NCBI RefSeq assembly: GCF_001194135.2
Contig: NC_068981.1
Location: 137,366,761 to 137,430,760 of the forward strand
Source: Octopus bimaculoides
Lineage: Eukaryota
Direction of reading: 5' to 3'
DNA: 64,000 nucleotides
Below the pieces are notes generated by a model. That model was not told the origin of the DNA, did not search any database, and saw only the letters and a program-made list of their open reading frames with translations. A program made the translations under genes and the position numbers. Shown here one piece after another: positions 51,305 to 64,000 of the stretch. Each line of letters begins with the position of its first letter. Within the stretch, counting starts at the first letter, position 1.

Positions 51305-52480
51305 TCCATAATTGGTAGATGTTAACTTTCGTAGTCTGTTTCTGAAATTGTCTTAGAAATTAATGAAAAAGGCCAAAGAATAACTACAAACATATTAGGA
51401 ACAAATTGTTGGAACTAAAAGTTGGCAATGAGATTTCAAGATATAAATACTAAGGCAAGCAACACGAGAAGCTCGCCAAGGACATGTACAATATCCAGGT
51501 CTTTTCTGGATATACAATGAGATGTACAGAGGAACTGAAGTTTGAGCTAGGAGAAGCTGCATCAACAATTTTCAACAATTTCCTTCTCGTAGATGATATT
51601 CTTTTCGTAGTGGAATATGTGAAAGATCTCCATTCTCTATTAACACGAGTGAAGGAAAGAAGAAACTGGATTTTATCTACGTGTAATCTGTAAGACAATA
51701 GCAATACCTATCTCAACAACGATACCAAAATTAAAAGTACAAGAAAATTAAACAATTACTTCGTTTGGAAAATGTTAAGCAAAGATAAAAAGTAAAAATC
51801 AGTCCAAAACAATGCTCTAAAATATGAGGAATATAAGCTTGCCTCTAAAATTATGTGAGCGAACATTCGCAAACATATATTTGAGCAAATGCTAAATGTA
51901 TAAGATTTGACATATGTACAGTTAGAAAACAAACGAAAAGGTCATTGCTGTCAACAAAGTATGAATAGGGAGAAAAAAATCCATCGATAGCAAACAATAA
52001 CGAATGAGTTACTTTATATTAAGTGAACAATAATAGTTTCTAATTTAGGCACAAAGCCAGCAAGTTTGAAGGGAAGGGTTAGTCGACACAAGGATTCCAC
52101 TATTTGACTGGTCGAGATTTCAATCGACTCTGGAGAGATGACAGGCAAAGTTGACTTTATTGGTATGAATTTGAACCCAGAATATAAAAAGCCGGAAGAC
52201 CGTAAGGTATTCTTTTTTCCGACGCTCTAATGATTTTGCCAGATCGCCTCCATTATCAAGAGAATAATGAAATTAGAATTTTTTTTAAATGAAATACCAA
52301 AATGACCTGTTGTGACAAGAAAATTCTTGTTGTGAAACAGAGGCTTTATTTTGGATGAACAAGCATATTGAGTGACACCAGAGAAATTGTAGCTTCAGAC
52401 TGCTTGTTGCTACTGAAGACCACGTGCAGTGGAAGAACAAACATGATCACTTACGTCTGTATAGCTCATAATCATGATGA
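51305..52480 (+). mobile_element. RTE-clade LINE RT and C-terminal remnant, with a SINE B at about 52022-52252 inserted
   Basis: IFNNFLLVDDILFVVEYVKDLHSLLTRVKE (degenerate YADD region); ends LLATEDHVQWK. Confidence 0.7.
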
Positions 52481-53842
52481 TGGTTAAGCATTATACCGAT
52501 ATATTTCATTGCAAAGGAGGAGAGTGATAGAGAAGACTTGCTTGTATCCATTATCCTCTGTAGCATGTTTTCAATATTTATTGAATTGAATGAAACGAAG
52601 TGTTAACTTTGGTGATATTCCTATTGTTGATGACTTCCCAGGTCATCCCTGATCATGTAGATCTGTGAAGAATAGCGTTCCAACCGTGAAGAAATCATCT
52701 TTTTGTATAGTTATGGCTACATTGTCAAATGTATCCTTCCGTTTTAAGATTTCAAAAACGTGACTTGAGGGAACTTTGGCTGCTATTTCTAACAGATTAA
52801 GCGATCTTATAAAGCAGGCGAAGGGCAGTTTTTAGTATCATTGGTGAATTGCGAGTGCATAACATTGTGTAGGGATATATCTGTGCTAAAAAAATTACAA
52901 TTAACCTTTAATTCAAAAATTTATAGAGATGAAACTTATATTAAATTGCTGCTTTGTACTTAAAAATTATTCTTTTCAATTTTTTAAATAAGTTTTTCGA
53001 AACTTTATCATTTGGTTGTCTGAAAATAGAAATCGGGTTGAGTGAGAGGCATCTCCACCCTCGGCAGAGAGGCTCCTATATCAACTTATTTGTGGGGATA
53101 TAAATTAAATGTAGAAGCATAGAAATAAATGGTTTTGCATTTAAATCTCACCAGGAAGTCAGGCTTATGTGACAGTGATGGAAAATACCATAAAGTAACT
53201 CGGTCACCTCTTTAGCGTCTCTGTGCCATTTCGGTATCGCCATTATGGAAAAGAGTTAGGGAATGAGGTTAGATTGTCTAGATCTAATAATAATTCAGCT
53301 TGAAACTACAAATGTAATTAATCTTTGAGTAATTAATTCTGGCATGCATACTCGAGGAATTTTTTATCATAAATATATTTGGAAGTATTGTGGTCTTAAA
53401 AAAAAATAATGTTTCTTGTGTGTGTGTCTACGCGCGCGCGTGAGTTATACACATTTCAGCTTCTGGCTACGTAGATAATTTCGTATTTAACAACTTACTT
53501 ATTAAATTATAATCATGAATGAGGCTTTATTAAAATCTCTCAAATTTACAGAATTCTGGTAAGTGTCGTTCTTACATGAATTTTGAGTTACAATTAATAG
53601 AAATTACAATTTTCTTCTTTCACTTCGAATTGCAAGATAGTTAAAAAAAAAAAAAAAAGGTTACTCTTTGTTTCTGAACGGGTTTGAACTAATTTAAGTA
53701 ACTGAGCTAGTTCAAAGTAGCTAAGTTATTTTAAAACTATTTCAACATTAGCAAATGATTTATAAGCAGTACCGCCATAATGGTTTGCATTATTAATTAT
53801 ATAGACTTTTTTTTTTTTTTTTTTTCATTATATAGGATAAAA

Positions 53843-54035
53843 ATGGCAAGCTGTCTGAAACGTTAGCGCGCCAGACAAAAATTCTTAACGGCATACTTCC
53901 AGTTTCATGTTTTCATCCTTTCGAGTGGAGCTATAAAATGAAGTACTAGCTAAGTACTAGGGCCGATGTAGTCGATTAATCCCTCCCGATTCCCTGGAAT
54001 TGCTGTTCTTGTACCAAAATTTGAGACCAACCATT
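53843..54035 (+). mobile_element. CORE-type SINE family B
   Basis: GGCAAGCTGTCTGAAACGTTAGC...TTCATCCTTTCGAG...GAATTGCTGTTCTTGTACCAAAATTTG. Confidence 0.7.
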
Positions 54036-54365
54036 ATTTAGGGGAAATATATGGACCATTGGTTCGTAACTATAGACGAAGAATAACGCCACCCTTCAGC
54101 GAGTGCGGGTATTTCAAGGGAATCGTGCTTTTTTTTTTTTTTTGTCAGAAACATGATTAATCCAAATATAATGCTTATAATTTTGACAAATTTCCAACAA
54201 TCTTTTACGGGGTTAAAACATGAAAAAGGGGATTATGCCATAGAATAAGGGAAGGACAGAATTTTATCAGTGATAGAACAAAATGATTATAGTGTCTTTA
54301 AACTGAAGTATTGTTACTATTGATAGATTTTTCCTGCTTCACACCTGGCTGGGAAACAGTTCAAC

Positions 54366-56133
54366 ATAGGCGCAGGTGCGGCTGTGAGGTAAGAAGTTTG
54401 CTTAACCCTACCATCACATGGTTCCGGGTTCAGTCCCACTGTGTAAAACCTTGAGTAAGTGTCTGCTACTATAGCCTCTGGTCGACCACAGCCTTGTGAG
54501 TGGATTTGGTTGACGGAAACTGAAGGAAACCTGTCGTATACATGTGTGTGTGTGTGTGTCTATGTACGTGTGTGTTTAGAGAGTGGGTGAATATTCTTTA
54601 TTTGTGGATTAACAAACCTGCCAGTGGAGGTGCAATGGCCCAGTAGTTAGGGCAGCGGACTCCAGGTCATAGGATCGCGGTTTCGATTCCCAGACCGGGC
54701 GTTGTGAGTGTTTATTGAGTGAAAACACCTTAAGCTCCACGAGGCTCCGGCAGGGGATGGTGGCGAACCCTGCTGTACTCTTTCACCACAACTGTTTCTG
54801 TTGTGCCTGTAATTCAAAGGGTCAGCCTTGTCACACTGTATCACGCTGAATATCCCCGAGAACTACGTTAAGGGTACACGTGTCTGTGGAGTGCTCAGCC
54901 ACTTGCACGTTAATTTCACGAGCTGGCTGTTCCGTTGATCGGATCAACTGGAACCCTCGTCGTCGTAAGCGNNNNNNNNNNNNNNNNNNNNNNNNNNNNN
55001 NNNNNNNNNNNNNNNNNNNNNNNNNNNNNNNNNNNNNNNNNNNNNNNNNNNNNNNNNNNNNNNNNNNNNNNNNNNNNNNNNNNNNNNNNNNNNNNNNNNN
55101 NNNNNNNNNNNNNNNNNNNNNNNNNNNNNNNNNNNNNNNNNNNNNNNNNNNNNNNNNNNNNNNNNNNNNNNNNNNNNNNNNNNNNNNNNNNNNNNNNNNN
55201 NNNNNNNNNNNNNNNNNNNNNNNNNNNNNNNNNNNNNNNNNNNNNNNNNNNNNNNNNNNNNNNNNNNNNNNNNNNNNNNNNNNNNNNNNNNNNNNNNNNN
55301 NNNNNNNNNNNNNNNNNNNNNNNNNNNNNNNNNNNNNNNNNNNNNNNNNNNNNNNNNNNNNNNNNNNNNNNNNNNNNNNNNNNNNNNNNNNNNNNNNNNN
55401 NNNNNNNNNNNNNNNNNNNNNNNNNNNNNNNNNNNNNNNNNNNNNNNNNNNNNNNNNNNNNNNNNNNNNNNNNNNNNNNNNNNNNNNNNNNNNNNNNNNN
55501 NNNNNNNNNNNNNNNNNNNNNNNNNNNNNNNNNNNNNNNNNNNNNNNNNNNNNNNNNNNNNNNNNNNNNNNNNNNNNNNNNNNNNNNNNNNNNNNNNNNN
55601 NNNNNNNNNNNNNNNNNNNNNNNNNNNNNNNNNNNNNNNNNNNNNNNNNNNNNNNNNNNNNNNNNNNNNNNNNNNNNNNNNNNNNNNNNNNNNNNNNNNN
55701 NNNNNNNNNNNNNNNNNNNNNNNNNNNNNNNNNNNNNNNNNNNNNNNNNNNNNNNNNNNNNNNNNNNNNNNNNNNNNNNNNNNNNNNNNNNNNNNNNNNN
55801 NNNNNNNNNNNNNNNNNNNNNNNNNNNNNNNNNNNNNNNNNNNNNNNNNNNNNNNNNNNNNNCTGTGAGTGAATTTGGTAGACGGAAACTGAAAGAAGCC
55901 CGTCGTATATATGTATAGATATATGTATGTGTATCTGTGTTTGTCCCCCCAACATCGCTTGACAACCGATGCTGGTGTGTTTACGTCCCTGTAATTTAGC
56001 GGTTCGGCAAAAGAAACCGATAGAATAAGTACTAGGCTTACAAAGAATAAGTCGATTTGCTCGACTAAAGGCGGTGCTCCAGCATGGCCGCAGTCAAATG
56101 ACTGAAACAAGTAAAAGAGTAAAGAGTAAAGAG
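54366..56133 (+). mobile_element. SINE A head (54366-54560) and SINE A core, body and tail (55864-56133) flanking a SINE C and a gap
   Basis: ATAGGCGCAGGTGCGGCTGTGAGGTAAG...; after the gap, consensus body and (AAAGAGT)n tail. Confidence 0.8.
54623..54971 (+). mobile_element. SINE family C, runs into gap
   Basis: Near-identical to the 27019 and 45117 copies, with a small internal deletion. Confidence 0.9.
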
Positions 56134-56454
56134 TACAAACAGACAAAGACGAGCGACTACAATACCCTGCTTTCGTTTACGCGCGCAGGGTAAATATTGA
56201 AGTTAAATATCTACCCTGATAATTTTTAAGTTAGCAAAATCTCATCAAGCACTAGGCTACCATTAACTCAGTTTTCAGTCATGGCTGTGTGATTAAAAAG
56301 TTCACTTTGCAACGTGGTGTTGTGTTCAGTCCCACTGCGTGGTACTTTGAATGGGTGTCTTCTACTATTGACCCCAAGTCGACCATTGACTTTGTGAGAG
56401 AATTTGGTTGACGGAAACTGTGTATAAAAGAATTTAAATATTTTGTATAAAGTA

Positions 56455-56760
56455 GAAGTAAAGGGTAAAGATCCCCATCGGATTGGATCTAGAAAGTTCC
56501 CCTCCGCGGCACAAGTCTAGACAAGTTTGATTATAGAAGACCAGCAGGTCACAACCATGCATACCAGCCTCCTCTCACCACGCTACCAATGCTATCCAAG
56601 GGAAAGGCAAAGACCAATACAGCTTGGCACCAGTGACGTCGCAATGTGAAATGAAGTGTCTTGCTCAAGAACACAACACACAGCCAGTCCAGTCCGGGAA
56701 TCGAACTCACTACCTCATGATTGTGAGTCCGATGCTCTAACCACTGAGCTCTGCACCTTC
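56455..56760 (-). mobile_element. SINE family D, near-complete
   Basis: tRNA-like head GAGCTCAGTGGTTAGAGCATCGG...GAGTTCGATTCCCGGAC, core, and tail ending (TTTACCC)n-like. Confidence 0.8.
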
Positions 56761-57097
56761 AGTAGAAATGTAACCAATTTATTGCAGATAAATTTGAACA
56801 AAATATTATATGGACTTCCTCCACTTCAAGGGCCATATGGACCCCAATTAAGAACCACTGGTATAGATAATAAACAGCTGCGCAAAATTAGTTTATGTTT
56901 GATCTTCGTGTTTTGCTTTTTTGCAAGACATGTGAAGGAGCGTTTGGAGAATGCCATTCCAAGACAAGAGAAACTGAGTTACTAAAGATTGAGAACTACT
57001 GTTGCCTTGACTTTCAAACAAGTGAATATCGCAAAACGCTTAGTTAGGCGTCCTATTGCTATTGTTAAATCCCTGGCCTTGAAAATGTAGATATTTT

Positions 57098-57264
57098 ATA
57101 GGCGCAGGAGTGGCTGTGTGGTAAGTAGCTTGCTTACCAGCCACATGGTTCCGGGTTCAGTCCCACTGCGTGGCACCTTGGGCAAGTGCCTTCTACTATA
57201 GCCTCGGGCTGACCAAAACCTTGTGAGTGGATTGGCAGACGGAAACCGAAAGAATCCCGTCGTA

Positions 57265-57297
<33 letters not shown>
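57098..57297 (+). mobile_element. SINE family A head, runs into (TA)n and gap
   Basis: ATAGGCGCAGGAGTGGCTGTGTGGTAAGTAGC...GGTTCAGTCCC. Confidence 0.9.
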
Positions 57298-58193
57298 NNN
57301 NNNNNNNNNNNNNNNNNNNNNNNNNNNNNNNNNNNNNNNNNNNNNNNNNNNNNNNNNNNNNNNNNNNNNNNNNNNNNNNNNNNNNNNNNNNNNNNNNNNN
57401 NNNNNNNNNNNNNNNNNNNNNNNNNNNNNNNNNNNNNNNNNNNNNNNNNNNNNNNNNNNNNNNNNNNNNNNNNNNNNNNNNNNNNNNNNNNNNNNNNNNN
57501 NNNNNNNNNNNNNNNNNNNNNNNNNNNNNNNNNNNNNNNNNNNNNNNNNNNNNNNNNNNNNNNNNNNNNNNNNNNNNNNNNNNNNNNNNNNNNNNNNNNN
57601 NNNNNNNNNNNNNNNNNNNNNNNNNNNNNNNNNNNNNNNNNNNNNNNNNNNNNNNNNNNNNNNNNNNNNNNNNNNNNNNNNNNNNNNNNNNNNNNNNNNN
57701 NNNNNNNNNNNNNNNNNNNNNNNNNNNNNNNNNNNNNNNNNNNNNNNNNNNNNNNNNNNNNNNNNNNNNNNNNNNNNNNNNNNNNNNNNNNNNNNNNNNN
57801 NNNNNNNNNNNNNNNNNNNNNNNNNNNNNNNNNNNNNNNNNNNNNNNNNNNNNNNNNNNNNNNNNNNNNNNNNNNNNNNNNNNNNNNNNNNNNNNNNNNN
57901 NNNNNNNNNNNNNNNNNNNNNNNNNNNNNNNNNNNNNNNNNNNNNNNNNNNNNNNNNNNNNNNNNNNNNNNNNNNNNNNNNNNNNNNNNNNNNNNNNNNN
58001 NNNNNNNNNNNNNNNNNNNNNNNNNNNNNNNNNNNNNNNNNNNNNNNNNNNNNNNNNNNNNNNNNNNNNNNNNNNNNNNNNNNNNNNNNNNNNNNNNNNN
58101 NNNNNNNNNNNNNNNNNNNNNNNNNNNNNNNNNNNNNNNNNNNNNNNNNNNNNNNNNNNNNNNNNNNNNNNNNNNNNNNNNNNNNNNNNNNNN

Positions 58194-58412
58194 TACCAGT
58201 CTCCCCTCTCCACACCACCAGTGTTAGGCAAAGGGGCCGATACAGATTGGCACCTGTGACATCGCAACTCATTTCTACAGCTAAGTGACTGGAGTAACGT
58301 GAAATAAAGTGTCTTGCTCAAGAACACAACACGCAGCCCGGTCCGGGATTCGAACTCACAACTTCGCGATCGTAAGCTCGACGCTCTAACCACTGAGCCA
58401 TGCGACTTCACT
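58194..58412 (-). mobile_element. SINE family D (tRNA-Arg-like head)
   Basis: GTCGCATGGCTCAGTGGTTAGAGCGTCGAGCTTACGATCGCGAAGTTGTGAGTTCGAATCCCGG, followed by SINE core. Confidence 0.8.
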
Positions 58413-58981
58413 AATAGAATAAATACTAGGCTCAGAGACAAATGTTGGGGTCAATTCATTTGACTAAAAATTCTTCAAGGCTGTATCCCAGCAAGGCCGC
58501 AGTCTAATGATTGAAACAAGTAAAAGATGAAAGACAAAAATAAATAAATAAATAAATGAATAAATAAATAAACGATAAAACGAAGATAAAATGAATCAGA
58601 ACTGAATAAACATCAAAGAAGGAGAAAATGAAGGAGAGAAATTGAAAAAGTGTGATTAACGGACTTTAACTGTGGACCCTGGCTGACGCGTGGTCCCCTC
58701 ACTGGCTTGTGAAATTTCTGAATTTTCTTGGGCAAAATTCGCGAACGTAGTATTTTTTCCACAGGAGAGAACGTTGGTCTTTGGCACTTTGTTTTGCCGT
58801 ATAATATTGCAGATTATTCTCAGAATCTTATTTTTAGACAAAGTGACGTGTGGCACGCCGCTGAACAGCTTCAGAGATTTGTGTAAAGTCAACACTCTAC
58901 TGCAAGTACACCTTGCTTTTACTGATGCAAAGTGTACAAGCTAATGCAACGAGTGCAACCGTTTGTTAACAAATGCATACA

Positions 58982-59474
<493 letters not shown>

Positions 59475-59763
59475 AATGGCCACTTTCTATAGTCGAAACA
59501 ATTATTTGCTAAGGCCTATCAAAGTAGGAGCCAGTGAGGCCTTTATGCACTGCCCTGTTTTTCGTATTGGATTATTCTTCCTTGTGGACAATTACGAACA
59601 CTAGATCTGAAGTTAGTAATTCTTTTCTCATTTTCTCATTATGTGTGTGTTTGCGTGTTTATGTGATTGCATGCATGTGTGCATGTATATATTGTCTACG
59701 TGTACGTGTATGTATGTATGTATGTATGTATGTATGTAGGTATGTATGTGTGAATTTATGTAA

Positions 59764-59982
59764 GAGGTGGGTGCTGAAAAGTTCCTCACCTTAAGAGTAT
59801 CGTGAAAGGCCTGGCTGGAGGTCCAACCTTTCAAGTTCATTTACAGGGCTTAGAAAAACTGAAGGACCGCTGCGATAAGTGTGTGAATCTGAGAGGGAAA
59901 TGTATTGAATAAAACCATAATTAACTGATCTTCACATATTTTCGTTCACCCAATGCCAGGAACTTTCCAGCCCTCCCTCGTC
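59764..59982 (-). mobile_element. mariner-derived MITE, opposite orientation to the 36012 copy
   Basis: TIRs GGTGCTGAAAAGTTCC / GGAACTTTCCAGCCCTCCCTCG; interior encodes GLEKLKDRCDKCVNLRG, a mariner C-terminus. Confidence 0.85.
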
Positions 59983-59984
59983 TA

Positions 59985-60745
59985 CATACAGAACGTTCGG
60001 GCTAAATTTGACGATTTCTTTGTCTCTTACTTTCAAGTTTGATGTATTGGTGAACAGTCAACGGCGTTGGAGAGCATAACGATTAAGATTGTAGTTCAGG
60101 AAAACTTAGCTGACATGGGCTTTAGGAAGCCATCTGAACATTGGAAAAGACTTACCTATATCATGACGACTCGAGTCAGTTATCAAAATGCCGACATCAT
60201 GACTGCTGCCCAGTTGTCTGTGAGAACTGTAAAAGCAGTTAAGATGTAACATGGATGACTGCAACGGAAACGGAAAGCCGTCGCCGCAGGAAGAGCGTGT
60301 GAGGATGACCTCAGGCTTGCCCACATCTTTCAGCAGGGTTTTAATTCAGAGCCTGAATTTTGACGGCTGTGAGATGCTGCTGGAGACTGTGGTTGATCCA
60401 TGGCTGGAAAGGATTTCTGCTGGTAAGCCCTATGCGTGGAAGCAGGTATTCGCATCCTTGTCATACCTCCAGAAAGATTCAGAAATGGTTGTCGGAGAAT
60501 ATCTACTATTTTACCAGTCCCAATTTCTGACCTAATTTCCCCGATTGTAATCCCATGGGTTACTATGTTTGGGGCGCGCTTGAGAAAGACACCAACTACT
60601 CTGCCTGCAACGCCTAGACCGAGCTGATGGCCGAGTTCAAGGAGGTGTTCAAAGATCCTCCCAAAGACCTAGTGAAGAACGCATGCGCCAGGTTCCGGAA
60701 CTGTCTTGAGGCCGTGGTGGAAACTGAGGGCACCTACTTTATACA
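59985..60745 (+). mobile_element. maT/DD37D-type Tc1-mariner transposase remnant, internally deleted
   Basis: KQ..HPCHTSRKIQKWLSEN...PDCNPMGYYVWGALEK...VKNACARFRNCLEAVVETEGTYF. Confidence 0.75.
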
Positions 60746-60796
60746 TACATACATATATATACATGAGAGAGAGGGAGAGAAAGAGAGAGGGAGAGA

Positions 60797-60838
<42 letters not shown>

Positions 60839-61507
60839 TTCTATGCACGTATGCGTGCGTTTTTTTATGTTTGACTCTATTCTTGATAACCGTTGTTGGT
60901 TTGATTACATTCCGTAATCTAGCGGTTTGGGACAGAAGCTGAAACATGCATAACTGTCTCTCTCNNNNNNNNNNNNNNNNNNNNNNNNNNNNNNNNNNNN
61001 NNNNNNNNNNNNNNNNNNNNNNNNNNNNNNNNNNNNNNNNNNNNNNNNNNNNNNNNNNNNNNNNNNNNNNNNNNNNNNNNNNNNNNNNNNNNNNNNNNNN
61101 NNNNNNNNNNNNNNNNNNNNNNNNNNNNNNNNNNNNNNNNNNNNNNNNNNNNNNNNNNNNNNNNNNNNNNNNNNNNNNNNNNNNNNNNNNNNNNNNNNNN
61201 NNNNNNNNNNNNNNNNNNNNNNNNNNNNNNNNNNNNNNNNNNNNNNNNNNNNNNNNNNNNNNNNNNNNNNNNNNNNNNNNNNNNNNNNNNNNNNNNNNNN
61301 NNNNNNNNNNNNNNNNNNNNNNNNNNNNNNNNNNNNNNNNNNNNNNNNNNNNNNNNNNNNNNNNNNNNNNNNNNNNNNNNNNNNNNNNNNNNNNNNNNNN
61401 NNNNNNNNNNNNNNNNNNNNNNNNNNNNNNNNNNNNNNNNNNNNNNNNNNNNNNNNNNNNNNNNNNNNNNNNNNNNNNNNNNNNNNNNNNNNNNNNNNNN
61501 NNNNNNN

Positions 61508-61785
61508 CGTGTACCCTTAACGTAGTTCTCGGGGATATTCAGCGTGACACAGTGTGACAAGGCTGACCCTTTGAATTACAGGCACAACAGAAACAGGAAG
61601 TAAGAGTGAGAGAAAGTTGTGGTGAAAGAGTACAGCAGGGTTCGCCACCGTCCTCTGCCGGAGCCTCGTGGAGCTTTAGGTGTTTTCGCTCAATAAACAC
61701 TCACAACGCCCGGTCTGGGAATCGAAACCACGATCCTATGACCTGGAGTCCGCTGCCCTAACCACTGGGCCATTGCGCCTCCACT
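61508..61785 (-). mobile_element. SINE family C, 3' part in gap
   Basis: Ends GCCATTGCGCCTCCACT; near-identical to other C copies. Confidence 0.9.
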
Positions 61786-64000
61786 CTCTAAACATAACTA
61801 TGTCCAAACCATGAACGTGTTTCAGAGTTTTGAAGTGTTCCCTGTCTGGAGCAATGTAAAACCCTTCGTCAGAAACTATGAAATAACATAGATTGGACCG
61901 AAGAAACTGACTATTTGTGGACTGATGGCAACGACAGGAAGTTAAAACAAAGGAACTACATGCGTGAGGGGATGTTGATAAAAAGCTGGTGCAGCAGGAA
62001 GAGAACCTAGAGACCAAGTCATAGTCAAAAAAGGAATTGATAGCGTTTGCAAGTCACAATCGATAATTTCATAATCATCTTTAAACCTTAAATATGCTTT
62101 GTTGATTTCTGTTATTTAATTTGCCTTAATGACGTCTTTGATATTATAATATATTTTTTAGTCACGTAACATGTATGCTGCAGCTATTCCATAATTACGT
62201 TTGTAATTTATTTAGTCGATAGACATGTACAACATGGTGACTCATTTAACTGACTAACACCACAAACAACAGTAGGTGTGTAATGTAATTTGAAAAGCTT
62301 TTGGGACCTTGTAATCTCATCTTCTATTTTGCGGTTTCTTTAATAAAATTTTACTACCAACGTTTCCGTGCAAAATATGGGGTTGGACTTATACTCACGT
62401 GAATAAGATAATGGCGTGCGCGCGTGTGAGTATGTGTGTGTATTCATAAACATATATAACATGTATTTATTGATTTCTTAAATTTCCATTGATAGTAGTT
62501 GTTACTACCTTGTGGTATCGATTTTCAAGGTCAATAAGCTAAGTGCTGTGGCCAAGGACCCAAAAGTATGACGAGAAGAAAATACGAATCGCTAACTCTA
62601 CAACAGATAGTCCGGCAGCCTAAGAATTCGCTTATCTACGCTATCATAATACATACGTACGTGACAAATACACGCTGGGGTCAGAATGTATTCACACCTT
62701 TAAAATTAAGGAATATGGGTGGAATATTGCAACAAAACCAATAACTTGCTGTAAATACAAAAACCTTGATATTCTTCCATGAGTGTTGGAACAAATATAA
62801 TGCTCTGTTGTAGAAGGCCGGCTGCCTGGCGGATGTGAATGTCCCATCTAGACCCGGGGTAAAGGGAAACATATATAGTGAACTGATGACGAACTTTCAG
62901 TTCTTCTATTCAAGATGTAAATTTAGATTTAGATATATAATTATAAGTGTATAAAAGCCTAGAAATACTGGGGTTCTCCAAGAAGTAACCAAACAAACCG
63001 ATTTGCATTCTTTGAATAACGGTACAGTGAAAAATTTCAAAACATTCCAGAGATTCTTTGTCTGAATTTCCTGTAATAAAGATATGCCCACAATCGCCTG
63101 TGCATGCGACATATGCATAACAGTAATGAAACACACGCACGTATACTAAAGAAACATCTACACCCATTATGAACAATAACATAGTCAGGGGTGAGCCAGA
63201 AGTGCAGTTCGCCCCCAGGCGACACTTTTATGGGGGTAGCACTTTTGTGACTGCTGTTTAAGCCTGTATAAGTTTGGAAGCCGGGGAAAGGAAAACTCAA
63301 AGACTATCCCGGGCGGCACCCACTCTCGCTAGGCAACTGTATATGAATGCTAGTTTATTCATACATAAACGTATCTGCATATATATGCAAACACTAAATC
63401 AAGCACATATTCACAAATACCAGAAACTATTTTAATTAAACAAAAGAGCTTTATCACTTTGTTAATGATCAGTTTGAATTCTATAAAGGAAAAACTTCAA
63501 TAAATCTCAAGTAAAATATATAGCTACATATAAAGACACATACCTTTGCAAGACATCAGTACGGACGCATATACTCAATCTCAGATATACACACATTTAT
63601 ATTATTTGTTTATATACTAGTGCAAATAACCATATACTTCCCAAGAAATTCTTGTGTTTTGGTAGAAGTGTATCAATGTCTGGAAATATATCCCAGGAGT
63701 AAGTCGAGATTTTAATCCTTATGCGAGTTTCAAATATCAGGCAAGAACCAACTTTATTCATTGGTGAATTCAGCTTTCGTCTTCCCGCAAAGTTGGTTAT
63801 GTGAAACCATGGTTTGGATTAAAGATTCCAACCAAACACTACACAAACATGCGTAGAAACACAAGCAAAAAGACCCGACCCACTCACCCACTGATATATG
63901 TATATATATATATCTTTATATATGTATACATACACACAATCACACAGAAACAGACATATATATACTTCTATGTTCAGAAGGCTACCATTAGTTTCATGCG

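Noticed and set aside
58330-58412. tRNA-Arg-like sequence (also the heads at 27019, 45510, 54623, 56760, 61785)
   Set aside because: Continues directly into SINE core and tail, and lacks a proper acceptor stem; SINE heads, not tRNA genes.

Overview
AT-rich eukaryotic (metazoan) DNA with 14 N-gaps (about 7 kb in total), most of them at TA/CA microsatellites. The repeat content (dense tRNA-derived SINEs, microsatellite load) looks like an octopus genome; this is inferred from recalled repeat families, not from a search. No host protein-coding gene, true tRNA/rRNA gene or CRISPR array can be supported. Most long ORFs in the track are N-run or microsatellite artefacts. The window is dominated by transposable elements: four tRNA-derived SINE families, decayed Tx1-, RTE- and Penelope-type retroelements, mariner, maT (DD37D) and Tigger/pogo transposase remnants, mariner MITEs and a Helentron-type non-autonomous element. 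The best lead is at 8.9-11.6 kb. A 5'-truncated Tx1-like LINE sits in tandem with an ORF1-only ('half-LINE') element. Both 3' ends abut the same motif from a SINE tRNA head, and both share a 3' tail motif with a TSD-flanked CORE-type SINE at 44.2 kb. Together these suggest a three-tier, possibly target-biased retrotransposon system. Other leads are two Penelope-type minimal hammerhead ribozyme motifs, a MITE that captured nearby DNA, and a weak candidate minus-strand spliced gene. SINE and TE fragment boundaries are approximate.
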